Shown one piece after another: positions 41,314 through 52,550 of a stretch of DNA of 64,000 nucleotides. Source of the DNA: an uncultured Gammaproteobacteria bacterium (GTDB taxonomy: Bacteria > Pseudomonadota > Gammaproteobacteria > UBA9214); the NCBI GenBank assembly GCA_963773065.1, contig CAVYZN010000005.1:106273-170272 (forward strand). Direction: 5' to 3'. The translations under genes were made by a program, and so were the position numbers. Within the stretch, counting starts at the first letter, position 1, and every line of letters starts with the position of its first letter. Under the pieces are notes generated by a model. That model saw only the letters and a program-made list of their open reading frames with translations, searched no databases and was not told the origin of the DNA.

Positions 41314-41536
41314 GATGAACTCCATCGTTAACTGCCTTGATGGCGGCAGCGCGGAGTATAGGTTAATTCCTGGCATCACACCAGCAGGCTTCCGGCCATA
41401 CTCATGCCTTGCGCGGACTAAAGCCGTCAGATGCCTCGAACCCGCCATACGTGCGTGCGCCTTTGCGCGTCGAAACCGGTGTTTATCGTCGGAAACAAGT
41501 TAAGATATCCGTCCATTACCCGCGGGCAGGTATTGA

Positions 41537-44500
41537 ATGAAACAGCTTATCCACCAGGCATGGCTTACGGCCCTGCTTATTCTGCCGAGCGCATTCCATC
41601 AAGCCCATGCGGTGGATAGCGCCACGTCCACGTTTCGCCTGACCGATTCCGTAACCGAGAAAACCCTCCAGGCGAGTATCAAGGAAGTTGAAGCAACAAC
41701 TGATCTGGATGCCGCGAGCAGAACCCGGCTGATCGAGCTGTATCGCGGTGCCCTCGCCTATCTGGAACAGGCAAGTTCCTACACCGCGACCGGCAAGGCT
41801 TTCCGGGATTCCAGAGAATCCGCGCCGGCCAGGGCCAGAGCCATCCGTGAAGAACTCGAGAAACAGCAACAATCGGGCGGCGATGTCAGCATGAGTGTGG
41901 AGGAGAGATCCCCGCTTGCCGAGGTCGATCAGGCCTTATTAAAGGAAAAGGCCAATTTTGCCGCGCTAGAGGCCACATTGTCCGACCTGCAGGATCGCCT
42001 GCTCGGTGAAATGGACCGGCCGAATTTGTTACGGCAACGACTCACCGAGGCAAAACACCGCCTGGACCAGATTGCCAACGAACTCATGCTGGCGGTCGCC
42101 GCGGATGAATTACCCCGTCTGGCCGAGGCGAAGCACTGGCTGCTGCGGAGCGAGAGCATGGCTCTCGGCGCCGAGATCAAGATGCTCGACCAGGAATTGC
42201 TGAGCGCGCCGATGCGCCTCGAACAGCTCGAGGCCGAAAGAGACGAGGCGACAAACAACCTTAAACGCATGCACACCCGGATCCAACTGCTCGAGAACAT
42301 GCTGAGCGGCAGGCGGGTTGCCGAAGCGGAACAAGCCAGGATGCAAGCCGAGGAAGCGAAACGCGAGTCCAGGGGAAAGCATCCATTGGTCCAGGAAATG
42401 GCGCAGAAGAACGAGGTGCTGAGTGAAGAACTCGGTTCACTGGCAAGCAGCATCGAACAAGTGAGCGCCGAAAATGATACGGTAAACAAGCAGGCACAGA
42501 TGTTCGGCAATGAATCCCGCAGCACCCGGCAGAAAGTCGAGCTGGCGGGACTGAGTCAGGCGCTGGGACCGGTGTTGTTCGAGCAGCAGCGTGAACTGCC
42601 CAACCCGAGGCTGTTTCACAAGCAGGCCAAGGCGCGTGAGCAGAAAATCACCGCGGCGGGTCTGCGCCTGATTCAGTACGATGAGGAGCGCCAGGAGCTG
42701 GGGAGCACCGCTGATTATCTCGACGTGCTGACGTCCGGTCTCGCGCGGGAGCAGGCGCAGGGTATCCGCGGCGAGCTCGAGACTCTCGCCGCAAACAGGA
42801 AAGCGCTCCTTAATCAGGCCATCACACTCGACCAGGCGTACCTGCGCGCCCTGGGAGAACTTGAATTCGCCCAACGTCAGTTGCTCAATACGGTCGAGGA
42901 CTATCGTTTATTCATCAGCGAGAATCTGCTCTGGGTGCGCAGCGCCCCCGCGCCCGACGGGAACACCCTGCGCGAAATACCGGGCCAGTTCATGCAACTG
43001 ATGTCGCCAGGGCAATGGCGGGATGCCCTCTACCTCCTGGGCTCCAGGGCGACGGACGCCCCCCTCGCCTTCACGCTGCCCCTGGCGCTCTCCGGCATAC
43101 TCCTGTTGGTATCGGGAAACCTCCGCGGCCGGCTCCGCGCGACCGGCAATCAGGTGGGCAAACCCCGCACCGACAAATACCGCTATTCATTCCAGGCACT
43201 GCTGCTGACGCTGCTGCTGGCAATTCCGTGGCCGCTCCTGCTGGGCGTCTCGGGCTGGCAACTGGGGGATGATCTTGGCGCCACGGATTTCACCAAGGGG
43301 ATTTCACATGCGCTGCTGTGGGTGGCGCCCGCGCTTTTTTACCTGCAGACGTTCCGCCTGCTCTGCATTCCAGGCGGTCTGGCGGAGGCCCACTTCCGCT
43401 GGCCCGAGCAGAGCCTGAAGATGCTGCGACAGCAACTCAACCGCTTGACGCTCACCTTCCTGCCGGCGGTATTCCTCGCCGTGCTGACACTGGAACTGAA
43501 AACGCTGCCAACCGGCGCGGGTATCGAACGCCTAGCCTTCGTGCTGGTATTGTCCGCGCTGGCCCTGTTTTTCTATCGTCTGTTCGCGCCCGGACAGGGC
43601 GCACTGCAGCCCTACATGGCACGCAAACACGCGAGCCTGTTTGCCCGTTTGCGCCATCTCTGGCTGGTGATGAGTGTGGCGATACCCCTGGCCCTGGCGG
43701 GCTTGACCATCGTCGGCTACCACTACACGGCGGGCATCCTGACGGACAACCTTATCCAGACCATGTGGCTGATCCTGTTGCTCGTCATCGGTCATCAGAT
43801 GGTGGTCCGCTGGTTGCTGCTGATGCGTCGCCGACTGGCTTTCAAGGCGGCGGTCGAACGGCGCGAAGCGGCGCGTGCCGCGGCGCAGGCCAGGGAAACG
43901 GCGGTGCCCGGTGGGGAGGGCATTACGGATATCGTGGAAGAACCGGTAATCGACCTGGTCGCCCTGAGTGATGAGAGCCACAAGCTGCTTAACATCGCCA
44001 TGGTGCTAACCGGGATAATCGGCGTCTGGATCATCTGGTCGGATGTTTTGCCGGCGTTTGCCTATCTGGATAAAATCACGCTCTGGCACCGCCCCGGCGT
44101 CATCAACGGGGAGGCGCAACAAATCCCCCTCACGCTGGCGGATGCGGCGCTCGCCATCATCCTGGCCATCGGCACTGTCGTCGCGACAAAACGCTTTCCC
44201 GCCCTTCTTGAGATCGTCCTCCTGCAGCAACTCGATATGACGCCGGGTGGCCGTTACGCCGCCACCACCCTGTCGCGTTATTTCATCGCGGGTGCGGGTA
44301 CGCTGCTGGTCGTCGGTATGCTCGGCGGCAGTTGGAGCCAGGTTCAATGGCTGATCGCGGCCCTGGGCGTGGGTATCGGGTTCGGCCTGCAGGAGATCGT
44401 GGCCAATTTCATCAGTGGTCTTATCATCCTGTTCGAGCGGCCCATCCGGGTCGGTGATTACGTGAGCGTCGGGGACACCGACGGTCACGTAACCCGTATC

Positions 44501-44968
44501 CAGATTCGCGCCACCACGATCCAGACCGTGGATCGCAAGGAACTGCTGGTGCCCAACAAGGAATTCATCACCGGCCGGCTGCTTAACTGGTCGCTTTCCG
44601 ATCAGGTAACCCGCCTCGTCATTACCGTCGGCGTCGCTTACGGCAGCGATGTGGACCGGGCGATGGCCTTGATGACCGAGGCGGCACGGGAAAACGCGCG
44701 GGTACTCCCGGAACCCCTCCCCTTCACCGCTTTCGAGGGCTTCGGTGACAATTCCCTGAACCTGACACTGCGCTGCTTCATCGATTCGCTGGACTATCGC
44801 CTGCCCGCGATCAGTGAATTACATCAGGCCATCAACCGGAAATTCACCGCGGCCGGCATCCTCATCGCCTACCCGCAGCGGGATCTGCATCTGGATACCA
44901 CACGCGCCCTCGACATACGCATCCGGCACGATGGCGGAACCCCGGATGCGGGTGAAACAGGCGGCTAA
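41537..44968 (+). CDS. mscK: MscK/KefA-like large mechanosensitive channel
   Basis: Long periplasmic coiled-coil, multiple TMs, MscS core GVGIGFGLQEIVANFISGLIILFERPIRVGD, PNKEFIT, VGVAYGSD. Confidence 0.92.
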   Translation: MKQLIHQAWLTALLILPSAFHQAHAVDSATSTFRLTDSVTEKTLQASIKEVEATTDLDAASRTRLIELYRGALAYLEQASSYTATGKAFRDSRESAPARARAIREELEKQQQSGGDVSMSVEERSPLAEVDQALLKEKANFAALEATLSDLQDRLLGEMDRPNLLRQRLTEAKHRLDQIANELMLAVAADELPRLAEAKHWLLRSESMALGAEIKMLDQELLSAPMRLEQLEAERDEATNNLKRMHTRIQLLENMLSGRRVAEAEQARMQAEEAKRESRGKHPLVQEMAQKNEVLSEELGSLASSIEQVSAENDTVNKQAQMFGNESRSTRQKVELAGLSQALGPVLFEQQRELPNPRLFHKQAKAREQKITAAGLRLIQYDEERQELGSTADYLDVLTSGLAREQAQGIRGELETLAANRKALLNQAITLDQAYLRALGELEFAQRQLLNTVEDYRLFISENLLWVRSAPAPDGNTLREIPGQFMQLMSPGQWRDALYLLGSRATDAPLAFTLPLALSGILLLVSGNLRGRLRATGNQVGKPRTDKYRYSFQALLLTLLLAIPWPLLLGVSGWQLGDDLGATDFTKGISHALLWVAPALFYLQTFRLLCIPGGLAEAHFRWPEQSLKMLRQQLNRLTLTFLPAVFLAVLTLELKTLPTGAGIERLAFVLVLSALALFFYRLFAPGQGALQPYMARKHASLFARLRHLWLVMSVAIPLALAGLTIVGYHYTAGILTDNLIQTMWLILLLVIGHQMVVRWLLLMRRRLAFKAAVERREAARAAAQARETAVPGGEGITDIVEEPVIDLVALSDESHKLLNIAMVLTGIIGVWIIWSDVLPAFAYLDKITLWHRPGVINGEAQQIPLTLADAALAIILAIGTVVATKRFPALLEIVLLQQLDMTPGGRYAATTLSRYFIAGAGTLLVVGMLGGSWSQVQWLIAALGVGIGFGLQEIVANFISGLIILFERPIRVGDYVSVGDTDGHVTRIQIRATTIQTVDRKELLVPNKEFITGRLLNWSLSDQVTRLVITVGVAYGSDVDRAMALMTEAARENARVLPEPLPFTAFEGFGDNSLNLTLRCFIDSLDYRLPAISELHQAINRKFTAAGILIAYPQRDLHLDTTRALDIRIRHDGGTPDAGETGG

Positions 44969-44976
44969 CCCGGAAA

Positions 44977-47517
44977 TCACACCGAATATCGACCGCGTTG
45001 TTTCGCTGGCAGCTCGTCATTCTCGCTAACGAGCAACAGCGCCAAGTCCTCGGCCGACAAGGGTTGACTGAACTGAAAGCCTTGCCCCTCGTCACATTGC
45101 TGAGTCTGGAGGAACGCGAGCTGCTCGGGCGTTTCCACGCCCTCGGCAATGACCCGCTGCTTGAGGTTTCTCCCCATTCCGATCACTGCGCTGACGATGG
45201 TTGCGGCATCTGCATCGGTGGCGATGTCGCGCACGAAGGATTGGTCGATCTTCAGGGTGTCGATCGGGAAGCGCTTCAGATAACTCAGGCTCGAATAGCC
45301 CGTCCCGAAGTCATCGATGGCAAGCTGCACCCCCATGGCCTTGAGTGCTACAAGCACCGACGCCGAGGACTCGGCGTCATGCATGAGGATGCTTTCGGTC
45401 AGCTCCAGTTGAAGATAGCGCGGCGCCAGGCCGGTCTCCTTCAGGATCAGGGCAACGCCTTCGAGAAAACTCTTGTGCCTGAACTCCACCGCGGAAATGT
45501 TGACCGCCACGGGCACGGCGCGCAGGCCCGAATCCAGCCAGGACTGGACTTGCCTGCAGGCTTCGCGCAGCACCCATTGGCCGATCGGCACGATGAGGCC
45601 GCACTCTTCCGCGATCGTCACGAACTGCTTCGGGTAGATGAGTCCGAGATCCGGATCCCGCCAGCGGATGAGCGCCTCGGTACCGGTCATCGCGCCTGAA
45701 GCAAGATCGATCTGTGGCTGGTAATGCAGCAGGAACTCTCCCTGCTTCAGGGCGCGGCGCAGACTGCTTTCGACGAACAGCCGGCGGACCGCGCGGGTGT
45801 TCATGTCGGCCCTGAAGAACTGGTAGTTGTTGCGTCCGCTTGCCTTGGCGTGATACATCGCCGTGTCCGCGCTCTGCATCACGGTGTCCACATCGACGCC
45901 GTCATCCGGATAGACGCTGATGCCGATGCTCAAGGTGACATGGAGTTCGTGTCCGCCGATGAGGTGCGGCACGGCGAGCGCGGCGCGCAACTTTTCGGCA
46001 ACGTGGGCCGCATCTTGCGGCCGCTCGATTTCAGCCAGCAGTATCACGAACTCGTCACCGCCCTGGCGGCATACCGTGTCCGTGGCGCGCACGCACGCCG
46101 ACAAGCGGTCCCCAACTGACTGTAGCAGTTGGTCGCCGATCGCATGCCCGAGAGAGTCGTTGATGTGTCTTGAAGTAATCCAGGTCAAGGAACAACAGCG
46201 CGACTTGCTTGCGGTGCCGGTTGGCCAGTCCGATCGCCTGGGAGAGCCGCTCCGTCAGCAGCGCCCGATTGGGCAAACCGGTGAGAAAATCGTGCTGGGC
46301 CAGATGGGACAGCTTCAGCGTCATGGCCCGCGATTGGCTGACGTCGTGGAAGACGAGCACCGCGCCGGCGACCCTGCCGTCCCGGTTGTGGATGGGGGCG
46401 GCGGAATCCTCGATCGCGAACTCGAACCCATCGCGGCGAACCAGCACACAATCCGCGGCCAGCCCCACGGTCCTGTTCTCCTCGATGGCGCGCAGCGCCG
46501 GACTCGCGGCGGCCTGGCGTGTCGTGCCGTCGATGATCCTGAACACTTCCGAAAGCGGCCGGCCCAACGCGTCCTCACGAGACCAGCCGGTCATCGCCTC
46601 CGCCACCAGATTCAGATAGGTCACGTTGCCCAGGAGGTCGGTGGTCAGCACCGCGTCACCGATGGAGTTGAGCGTGACCTGGGCGCGCTCCTTTTCCTCG
46701 AACAAGGCCTCTTCCGCCGCTCGCAACACGAACTCCGTCGATTTGCGCGCGGTGATGTCCTCAACCGTCTGCATATGACCGTGCGGTTCCATCCCGTCGC
46801 GCATGATCGGCGCTGTTGATGCGCGTCCACACGACGCTCTTGTCACCCCGCAGAAAGCGGAACTCCGTCTGGAATGGCGCCTGACCACGCGCTGCCTCGC
46901 GCCACTCGGCTAAGGACACGCTGGCGATCCTCCGGGTGGATCGCCATACTCCAGTTCGTGCCCAGCGTCTGTTCGAAGGTCAGCCCCGATATCTTGTGAT
47001 ACGCCGCGTTGGTATAGATGCAACTGCCCTGTGCATCGGAGACGAAGATGCCGAGCGGAGAGGTATCGCTCATCGCACGGAAGCGCGCCTCACTGTTCCG
47101 CCTCGCGTCCTGGGCAGCCTTGCGTTCGATGACGTAACGCAGGGCACGTGGCAACCAGTGGGCGTCGACATGGTCTTTGGCGAGATAGTCATGCGCGCCG
47201 CGCCGCACGGCCTGGCGCGCGGTTTCTTCATCGCCCGCCGCGCTCAGGACCAGGATCAGGGCATTCGGCGCAGCCTGGAACACCTGATCGAACGCTGCGA
47301 TGCCTTGGCCGTCGGGCAGCGCAAGGTCAAGCAAGATCACCTCGAACCCTTCTCTGCCCAGTCGATCGAGCGCATCGGGGAGTCGCCTCACCCATTCGAC
47401 ACGGAATGTGTTGACTCCCGTGGGGCTGTCTCCCGTGCCCGCAAGCGCCTCCTGGATCAGTCTGGCATCGGTGGGATCGTCCTCGACGAGCAGCACGGTG
47501 GTCGGGGTATCGTTCAT
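44977..47517 (-). CDS. REC-PAS-PAS-GGDEF-EAL c-di-GMP protein (frameshifts near 46170 and 46800-46900)
   Basis: LLVEDD...LLDLALPD receiver; PAS IHPEDR and SIGDAVL; HDFLTGLPNR; RQGGDEF; TEALIRW, DDFGTGYSS. Confidence 0.88.
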
Positions 47518-47610
47518 GGCATGGGCGTTCGTGGGGATAGCGTTGATCCAAGCAGGCGGATCGTCGCTGTACTCGCGGCTGCTTTCCCGATGGTGTGGCG
47601 CGGCCCATCC

Positions 47611-47802
47611 GTACGACGTTGCCGCATCGACGGCGGTTGCCGCCACGCTTCCCCCTTCATTCTCCCAGTCGTCCAGGGCTGTCTTATGCCGCCCTTTTTG
47701 TTTGTTGCGAAGGCGCACAACCATAGGCGAGGCGGAGACGGAAGCGACCGCAGCGCCCCCAATCGGCACAAGTGGCGGGATGAAGCGTCTATAGCTCGTC
47801 AT
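47611..47802 (-). CDS. small WENEGG-motif protein, read through in frame into the REC gene in this assembly
   Basis: About 63 aa ending ALDDWENEGG...; RBS AAAGGA; TAC where a stop would be expected. Confidence 0.4.
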
Positions 47803-47815
47803 GCATGGGGTCCTT

Positions 47816-48109
47816 TCAAGAAAGCGCCTGCCTCGGCGACCCTGGTGCCGTGCGCAGCGCAGCGCCGCTCACAGCGTGGTCGCGTCTGAAGGGACGCTTC
47901 GGACGGTAGACCTTGGTGCGCTCTTCAAAGCGCTGAATCTGCTGCTCGGTTTCGTCCTTCGTGATGCCGTAGACTTCCTGGATCTTGCCCGCCAACTCGA
48001 TGCGCTTGCCGGCAATCACGTCGAGGTGATCGTCGGTGAAGTTGCCCCACCGTGCTTTCACCTTGCCCTTGAACTGCTTCCAGTTGCCTGCAACGATATC
48101 CCAGTTCAT
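47816..48109 (-). CDS. csbD: CsbD-family stress protein, copy 1 (stop read-through, TAA>TAC)
   Basis: MNWDIVAGNWKQFKGKVK..WG..TDD; paralogue at 53838-54041 stops after RTKV. Confidence 0.85.
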   Translation of the reverse strand: MNWDIVAGNWKQFKGKVKARWGNFTDDHLDVIAGKRIELAGKIQEVYGITKDETEQQIQRFEERTKVYRPKRPFRRDHAVSGAALRTAPGSPRQALS

Positions 48110-48372
48110 ATCAAACCCCTTTTGTCAGGAACCCGACTGACGGTATTGCCAATCGAGCATCCTTCGTCCCAGCCGGCCTCTCGCCGCTTGCGCACTTCGC
48201 GCAGCGACAGGCCGGACTAAAGTCATGGAAACTCCGGATGTAAGTGCAAGGTTAGTCGCCTGATCAAGCGCAGTCGGTACGGTGGCGTACATAGGTCCAC
48301 ACTCATCCACGGCCGACCACGTCGGTAATGGCCCTGGCGCGGGCATCAGGGAGTTCGCAGCGCCGCTGCAGA
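47830..48372. repeat. diverged duplicate of 53763-54302 (csbD plus flanks)
   Basis: Colinear similarity through the gene and its upstream region, ending GGGAGTTCGCAGCGCCGCTGCAG in both copies. Confidence 0.9.
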
Positions 48373-48413
48373 CCTTTTGAGTGGTGGAGCGGCCTTGTTT
48401 ACGGGGAACAACA

Positions 48414-48720
48414 GAAACCGGGCTCTGTGTATGGCAGCGTACAGACGGTTTCCCTCGTTTGAGTCACATTATGCATAAGGACATGGCGATGACCGCCGAG
48501 ATCAATGGTAGTCGCCATGCAGTCTGGCAAGGGGCCATTGACTCGAAGGAATGGCTGGTGAAACAGTCTGAAGACGGGTGCCGGCACGCCGAGGAAAGCA
48601 GCAATGGCCTGCGAGAGTTTCCGGACGCTGCGCCGCTACGACTCACTGTAAGGAGGCGTGAAATGACGTTAGGAACCATTCTGCTGATCATTCTGGTTTA
48701 TGCTGCTGATCGGTGCCAAT
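48414..48720. repeat. diverged duplicate of 56487-56790 (DUF3309 promoter and 5' end)
   Basis: Shared AGAAACCGGG...CGTACAGACGG...GAGTCACATTA...GCAGCAATGGCCTGCGAGAG...ATGAC(G/A)TTAGGAACCATTCTGCT. Confidence 0.9.
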
Positions 48721-48740
48721 CGCGGCCCCGGTGGTGGTAG
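48663..48740 (+). pseudogene. truncated DUF3309 small membrane protein
   Basis: MTLGTILLIILV then loss of similarity to the intact copy at 56737. Confidence 0.7.
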
Positions 48741-48754
48741 AGGGGATCTGAATT

Positions 48755-49078
48755 ATGCTTGAACTCAATGCCTTCCTTAATGGTGCAATGCTCAGACGGG
48801 AAAACCGAGCATATCGTGGGAGCGCTGGTGTTAGTGAAGGGTGTCGCGAAGGCTGTTTCAGACCGGCTTTTCGTGATCAAGAGACGGGTGCGGTCTACTT
48901 GTCACGCTATCCAAACGGCCATGTCGCACCCATCCATACGCTGGAGGGCCTGCCAGAGGAAGTGGTCGCTGCACGATACGCAAACGGAGCAGTCGCGAAA
49001 GCGAAAAATACGTTGATTTCCGGCTTTCTGAAAGGCGGCGCCTTTTACACAAGACAGGAAGCCGCGGCTCAAAGTTGA
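48755..49078 (+). CDS. hypothetical protein
   Basis: Clean 107 aa ORF with RBS GAGGGG; FRPAFRD.ETG, AP.H.LEGLP and SGF...FYTR.EAA motifs recalled from a proteobacterial hypothetical family. Confidence 0.6.
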   Translation: MLELNAFLNGAMLRRENRAYRGSAGVSEGCREGCFRPAFRDQETGAVYLSRYPNGHVAPIHTLEGLPEEVVAARYANGAVAKAKNTLISGFLKGGAFYTRQEAAAQS

Positions 49079-49205
49079 CGCTAAGTGGCGTGATTAGAAA
49101 AGTGCATAACATCCAGATAGCTGCACACAATTTGAAGCGACCCCAGAGGGCGTCACTAACGAAATGAAGGCTTTAACTATGAGACGACCTAGCTGGGGCA
49201 CGATA

Positions 49206-50802
49206 ATGATCGGCCGGTTCCACTTTTCGCTTGTCGTACTGATGGTCGCGATCCTCGGCGGATGCGCGTCGCCTTCCGCCGGGTTCAGATTTTTCAAAAA
49301 CTGTTTCCTCGGCGCTGGCCCATCCGGAGGAGACCCGGCTTGGCCGACAGTTTGAAAATGCGGCGCACGAACATAATGGCAACTCCGGATTTCGCATCAT
49401 TCCGGTAGGCGCCGACGGGTTCCTGACCCGAATGCAAATGATCAATGCAGCGGAACGAACGCTCGACCTTCAATATTTCATTTTTCGCGGTGACGAAACC
49501 GGCCGGCAGCTTACCGACGCTGTGTTGCATGCGGCCGATCGCGGTGTGCGGGTGCGGGTGCTGGTCGACGATGGCGATACCTTGGACGGCGACGAGCAGA
49601 TTGCACTGCTTGAAGCGCATACTTCCGTCGAAATCCGAATATTCAACCCATTCGCGTATCGCGGTCATATTTCGCTATTCAGAACCACTGAGTTCATGTT
49701 CAACGCCTCCCGGCTCGACTACAGAATGCACAATAAACTGCTCGTCGTAGACAATGCAATAGCGCTCATAGGCGGACGTAATATCGGTGATCAATACTTT
49801 CAGATCGACCCCGAGTCACAAGTCGCCGACGACGATATATTTGTCGCTGGTCCTATCGCGCAACAGATCTCGGCGACCTTCGACGAGTTCTGGAACAACG
49901 CCCTGTCGATCCCGGTCGAGGCGCTTTCAGGTGGAAAGCCGACCCATGCTGACTTAAGCGAGCATCGCGAGGAATTGAACGAAGAACACCAGCAGTTGAA
50001 GGCGGACGATATTGACTATGTGAAGCGGGTTGCGACCGGCGAGCCATTTGACGGGATCATCTCCGGCCGCTTGCCCCTGATCTGGGCGCACGCGCAGCTT
50101 ATCTGCGACAGCCCCGACAAGAAGAAAGTGGAAAACAACGCGATGGTGGGTAGGCTAATGCACCGGGCGGTGGCCAAAGCCACTGTCGCCGTGCAGTCTG
50201 AGTTGCTGATGGTCACGCCCTACCTGATACCGGGCGACGAAGGAATGCAGATGTTCAAAGACCTGCGCAAACGCAACGTACGTGTCCGCGTCCTGACCAA
50301 CTCACTCGAATCATCGACGGTGTTGCTGGCGCAGGCCGGCTACATGCATTATCGGGTGCCCCTGCTTGAGAATGGCGTGGAGCTCTATGAGATCCGCTCA
50401 CTTCTGGGTAACGCCAGAGGCAGCGGTGAAACGACGACAATATCGCGCTATGGGAATTATTCCCTGCACGCGAAACTGTTTGTATTTGACCGCCAGAAGC
50501 TGTTTATAGGTTCTATGAACTTCGATCAACGATCAATGCATCTCAACACCGAGATTGGCTTGATCATTGACAGTCCCGCGCTTGCTCAACAGATTGCCGC
50601 GCGTTTCGATGCCATGGTGCAGCCGGTGAATTCCTACCGGCTGGCATTGCGTCCGAACTCCGCGGGGGCAGCACCAAGTTTGGTGTGGCTCACTCAGGAA
50701 GGCGCCAAAGCCATTGAGTACGACACGGAACCGGCCCGGAGTGGCTGGCAAAGACTCAAGGTCAATATTTTATCGCTACTGCCACTGGATAAGGAACTAT
50801 GA
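49206..50802 (+). CDS. clsC: phospholipase D family, cardiolipin synthase C-like (N-terminal frameshift)
   Basis: Two HKD motifs (MHNKLLVVD, LHAKLFVFD), GGRNIGD, GSMNFD; lipobox LGGC in the upstream frame. Confidence 0.85.
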
Positions 50803-51179
50803 ACCTACGTTTGACAATGGGTACGGTACTGATGCTGGGACTCTTTCTGGTGCCTGTTGCGCGCGCGGAGACCCCGACAAATGTGCAGATCGAAGTCAAT
50901 TTTCTGCTTGGCTATATCGAGGGGTCCGGATGTGAGTTTTATCGCAACGGCACCTGGCACGATTCGAAAGCGGCGCAAGTGCATTTACGCGACAAGTACA
51001 AATGGTTAGTGGCAAGAAATCTGATTAATACCACCGAAGACTTTATTGAAAGGGCTGCCACAGAAAGCAGTTTTAGCGGTCTACCGTATCAGGTGAGGTG
51101 TAATGGCGGCGCAACGTTGACGAGTAACCAATGGCTGCGCGAGGAACTTACGTACTTACGTACTTACGGACATTTATAA
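50799..51179 (+). CDS. DUF5329 (YfeK-like) exported protein
   Basis: Signal peptide; SGCEFYRNG...HLRDK...TEDFIE..AT.SS.SG.PY.VRC. Confidence 0.85.
   Translation: MNLRLTMGTVLMLGLFLVPVARAETPTNVQIEVNFLLGYIEGSGCEFYRNGTWHDSKAAQVHLRDKYKWLVARNLINTTEDFIERAATESSFSGLPYQVRCNGGATLTSNQWLREELTYLRTYGHL
51118..51149 (+). repeat. 32 bp direct repeat, left copy (right copy at 52392-52423)
   Basis: TGACGAGTAACCAATGGCTGCGCGAGGAACTT identical at both sites. Confidence 0.95.
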
Positions 51180-51439
51180 CACGATTTCGTGACAGGATAT
51201 GAACCCCTTGAGCTGACTGGGGGATGTTTCCAGCAGGAGAGCCACTGTTGGCGGCAGGCGCGAATTCCAATGAGACCGTGCCGAGTGTGGACAATGTGCG
51301 CGAGCGAAATAATCACCAGGAGGTGAATCATGTTTTATGAAATACTCACCCATATAATCCGTGGAATTAATTATGGGAGTCAGTCCAATAATAATGGTAC
51401 ACAACAACACGCCATGCATTACGAGTAGCCTGAACGCAA

Positions 51440-52246
51440 ATGAAGATTACACTCAAAATATTTCGATCATTCTCAGCCGGGATTCGGTCCGTGACATTAG
51501 CTTTCGGTTTGATCGTGCCGCTACTCGCTTTCGCAGAGCTCTCAAATGAATCGCTGCTCGGCCCTGGCCTACGCTTGCAGCCGGCATACGACGGCTCTGC
51601 TTCTCAACACGGAGAGTTGGTTCCGGTTGTAAGATACTTCGGTCATCCCTTGTTCGTGCGATCCACCCAGGGCGTGCTCGAGGGCGGTGTCAGGATGCAG
51701 ATTGCGCCGGGGCTCCATGCCGGCGCGCAACTTGCCTACGAGCCAGGGCGCAGTCAGAGCGAATCCGATTTCCTCAAGAATCACAGCGTCTCGAATGTTG
51801 ACCGAGGGGCGTCGGTCGGCGCGCAACTCGAATGGGATCACAAGTTCGGCCCCATGCCGATCACACTGCTCTCGCGCGCGCGGCAGGATATCGACTCCGA
51901 TCGCGGCGCTCAAGTTGACTTCCGCCTCAGCGCAGGTTTATACCGTAGCGGTCGCCTCGCCATGGGCGTATTTACGCAGGAGACGTGGGCGAACACGAAG
52001 TCGACCGGCTCTTTCTACGACATTACGCCGCAGCAGTCTGTCGCCACGGGCTTGCCGGTGTTCCGTGCAGGAAGCGGATGGTTGTTTGCAAGCTTCGGTG
52101 TCCTCTGGTCGGTCGACCTGAACCGGGATTGGGTTGTGGTTGGCAGCGCGGAGTCGCGGCACCTGCTTGGCGACGCCTCGCATAGTCCACTTGCGGAGCG
52201 CGAGTCAAATTACTATGCGAGCGCTGGCCTAGCCTATCGTTTTTGA
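51440..52246 (+). CDS. MipA/OmpV-family outer membrane protein
   Basis: Signal peptide; PAYDGSAS, SFYDIT, DASHSPL; terminal AYRF. Confidence 0.85.
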   Translation: MKITLKIFRSFSAGIRSVTLAFGLIVPLLAFAELSNESLLGPGLRLQPAYDGSASQHGELVPVVRYFGHPLFVRSTQGVLEGGVRMQIAPGLHAGAQLAYEPGRSQSESDFLKNHSVSNVDRGASVGAQLEWDHKFGPMPITLLSRARQDIDSDRGAQVDFRLSAGLYRSGRLAMGVFTQETWANTKSTGSFYDITPQQSVATGLPVFRAGSGWLFASFGVLWSVDLNRDWVVVGSAESRHLLGDASHSPLAERESNYYASAGLAYRF

Positions 52247-52391
52247 AGCGCTCGTCGAACGGTCCAGTGCAATCAAGCGCACTGACGTGGTGCATTACGA
52301 AGGGATAAATGGTCGACTTGATCGCAGAGTCGATCCCCAACTCGACGAAGCACGCCGTCGAATCAAAACCGGTATCATGGCTGCGCAATGG

Positions 52392-52423
52392 TGACGAGTA
52401 ACCAATGGCTGCGCGAGGAACTT
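52392..52423 (+). repeat. 32 bp direct repeat, right copy (orphan 3' end of the DUF5329 gene)
   Basis: Identical to 51118-51149; continues in frame ARFRTFK-TAA, then a hairpin. Confidence 0.95.
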
Positions 52424-52445
52424 GCGCGTTTTAGAACATTCAAAT

Positions 52446-52484
52446 AAAAGGCCGGCCCCGGTTCTGTTGGAACCGGGGCCGGCC
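52446..52484 (-). terminator. strong terminator hairpin
   Basis: GGCCGGCCCCGGTTC-tgttg-GAACCGGGGCCGGCC, with a U-tract on the minus strand. Confidence 0.8.
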
Positions 52485-52550
52485 CGCATAGGCTTTAGCT
52501 ACGCGCTGAACGCATCTGAATTAGCAGGGTATCTGCTTTGAACCAGAATC

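Noticed and set aside
35109-47889. Long antisense ORFs (e.g. 35109-36353, 38009-38830, 44998-45699, 46936-47889)
   Set aside because: They overlap well-supported genes on the opposite strand, as is typical of high-GC DNA, and show no motifs.
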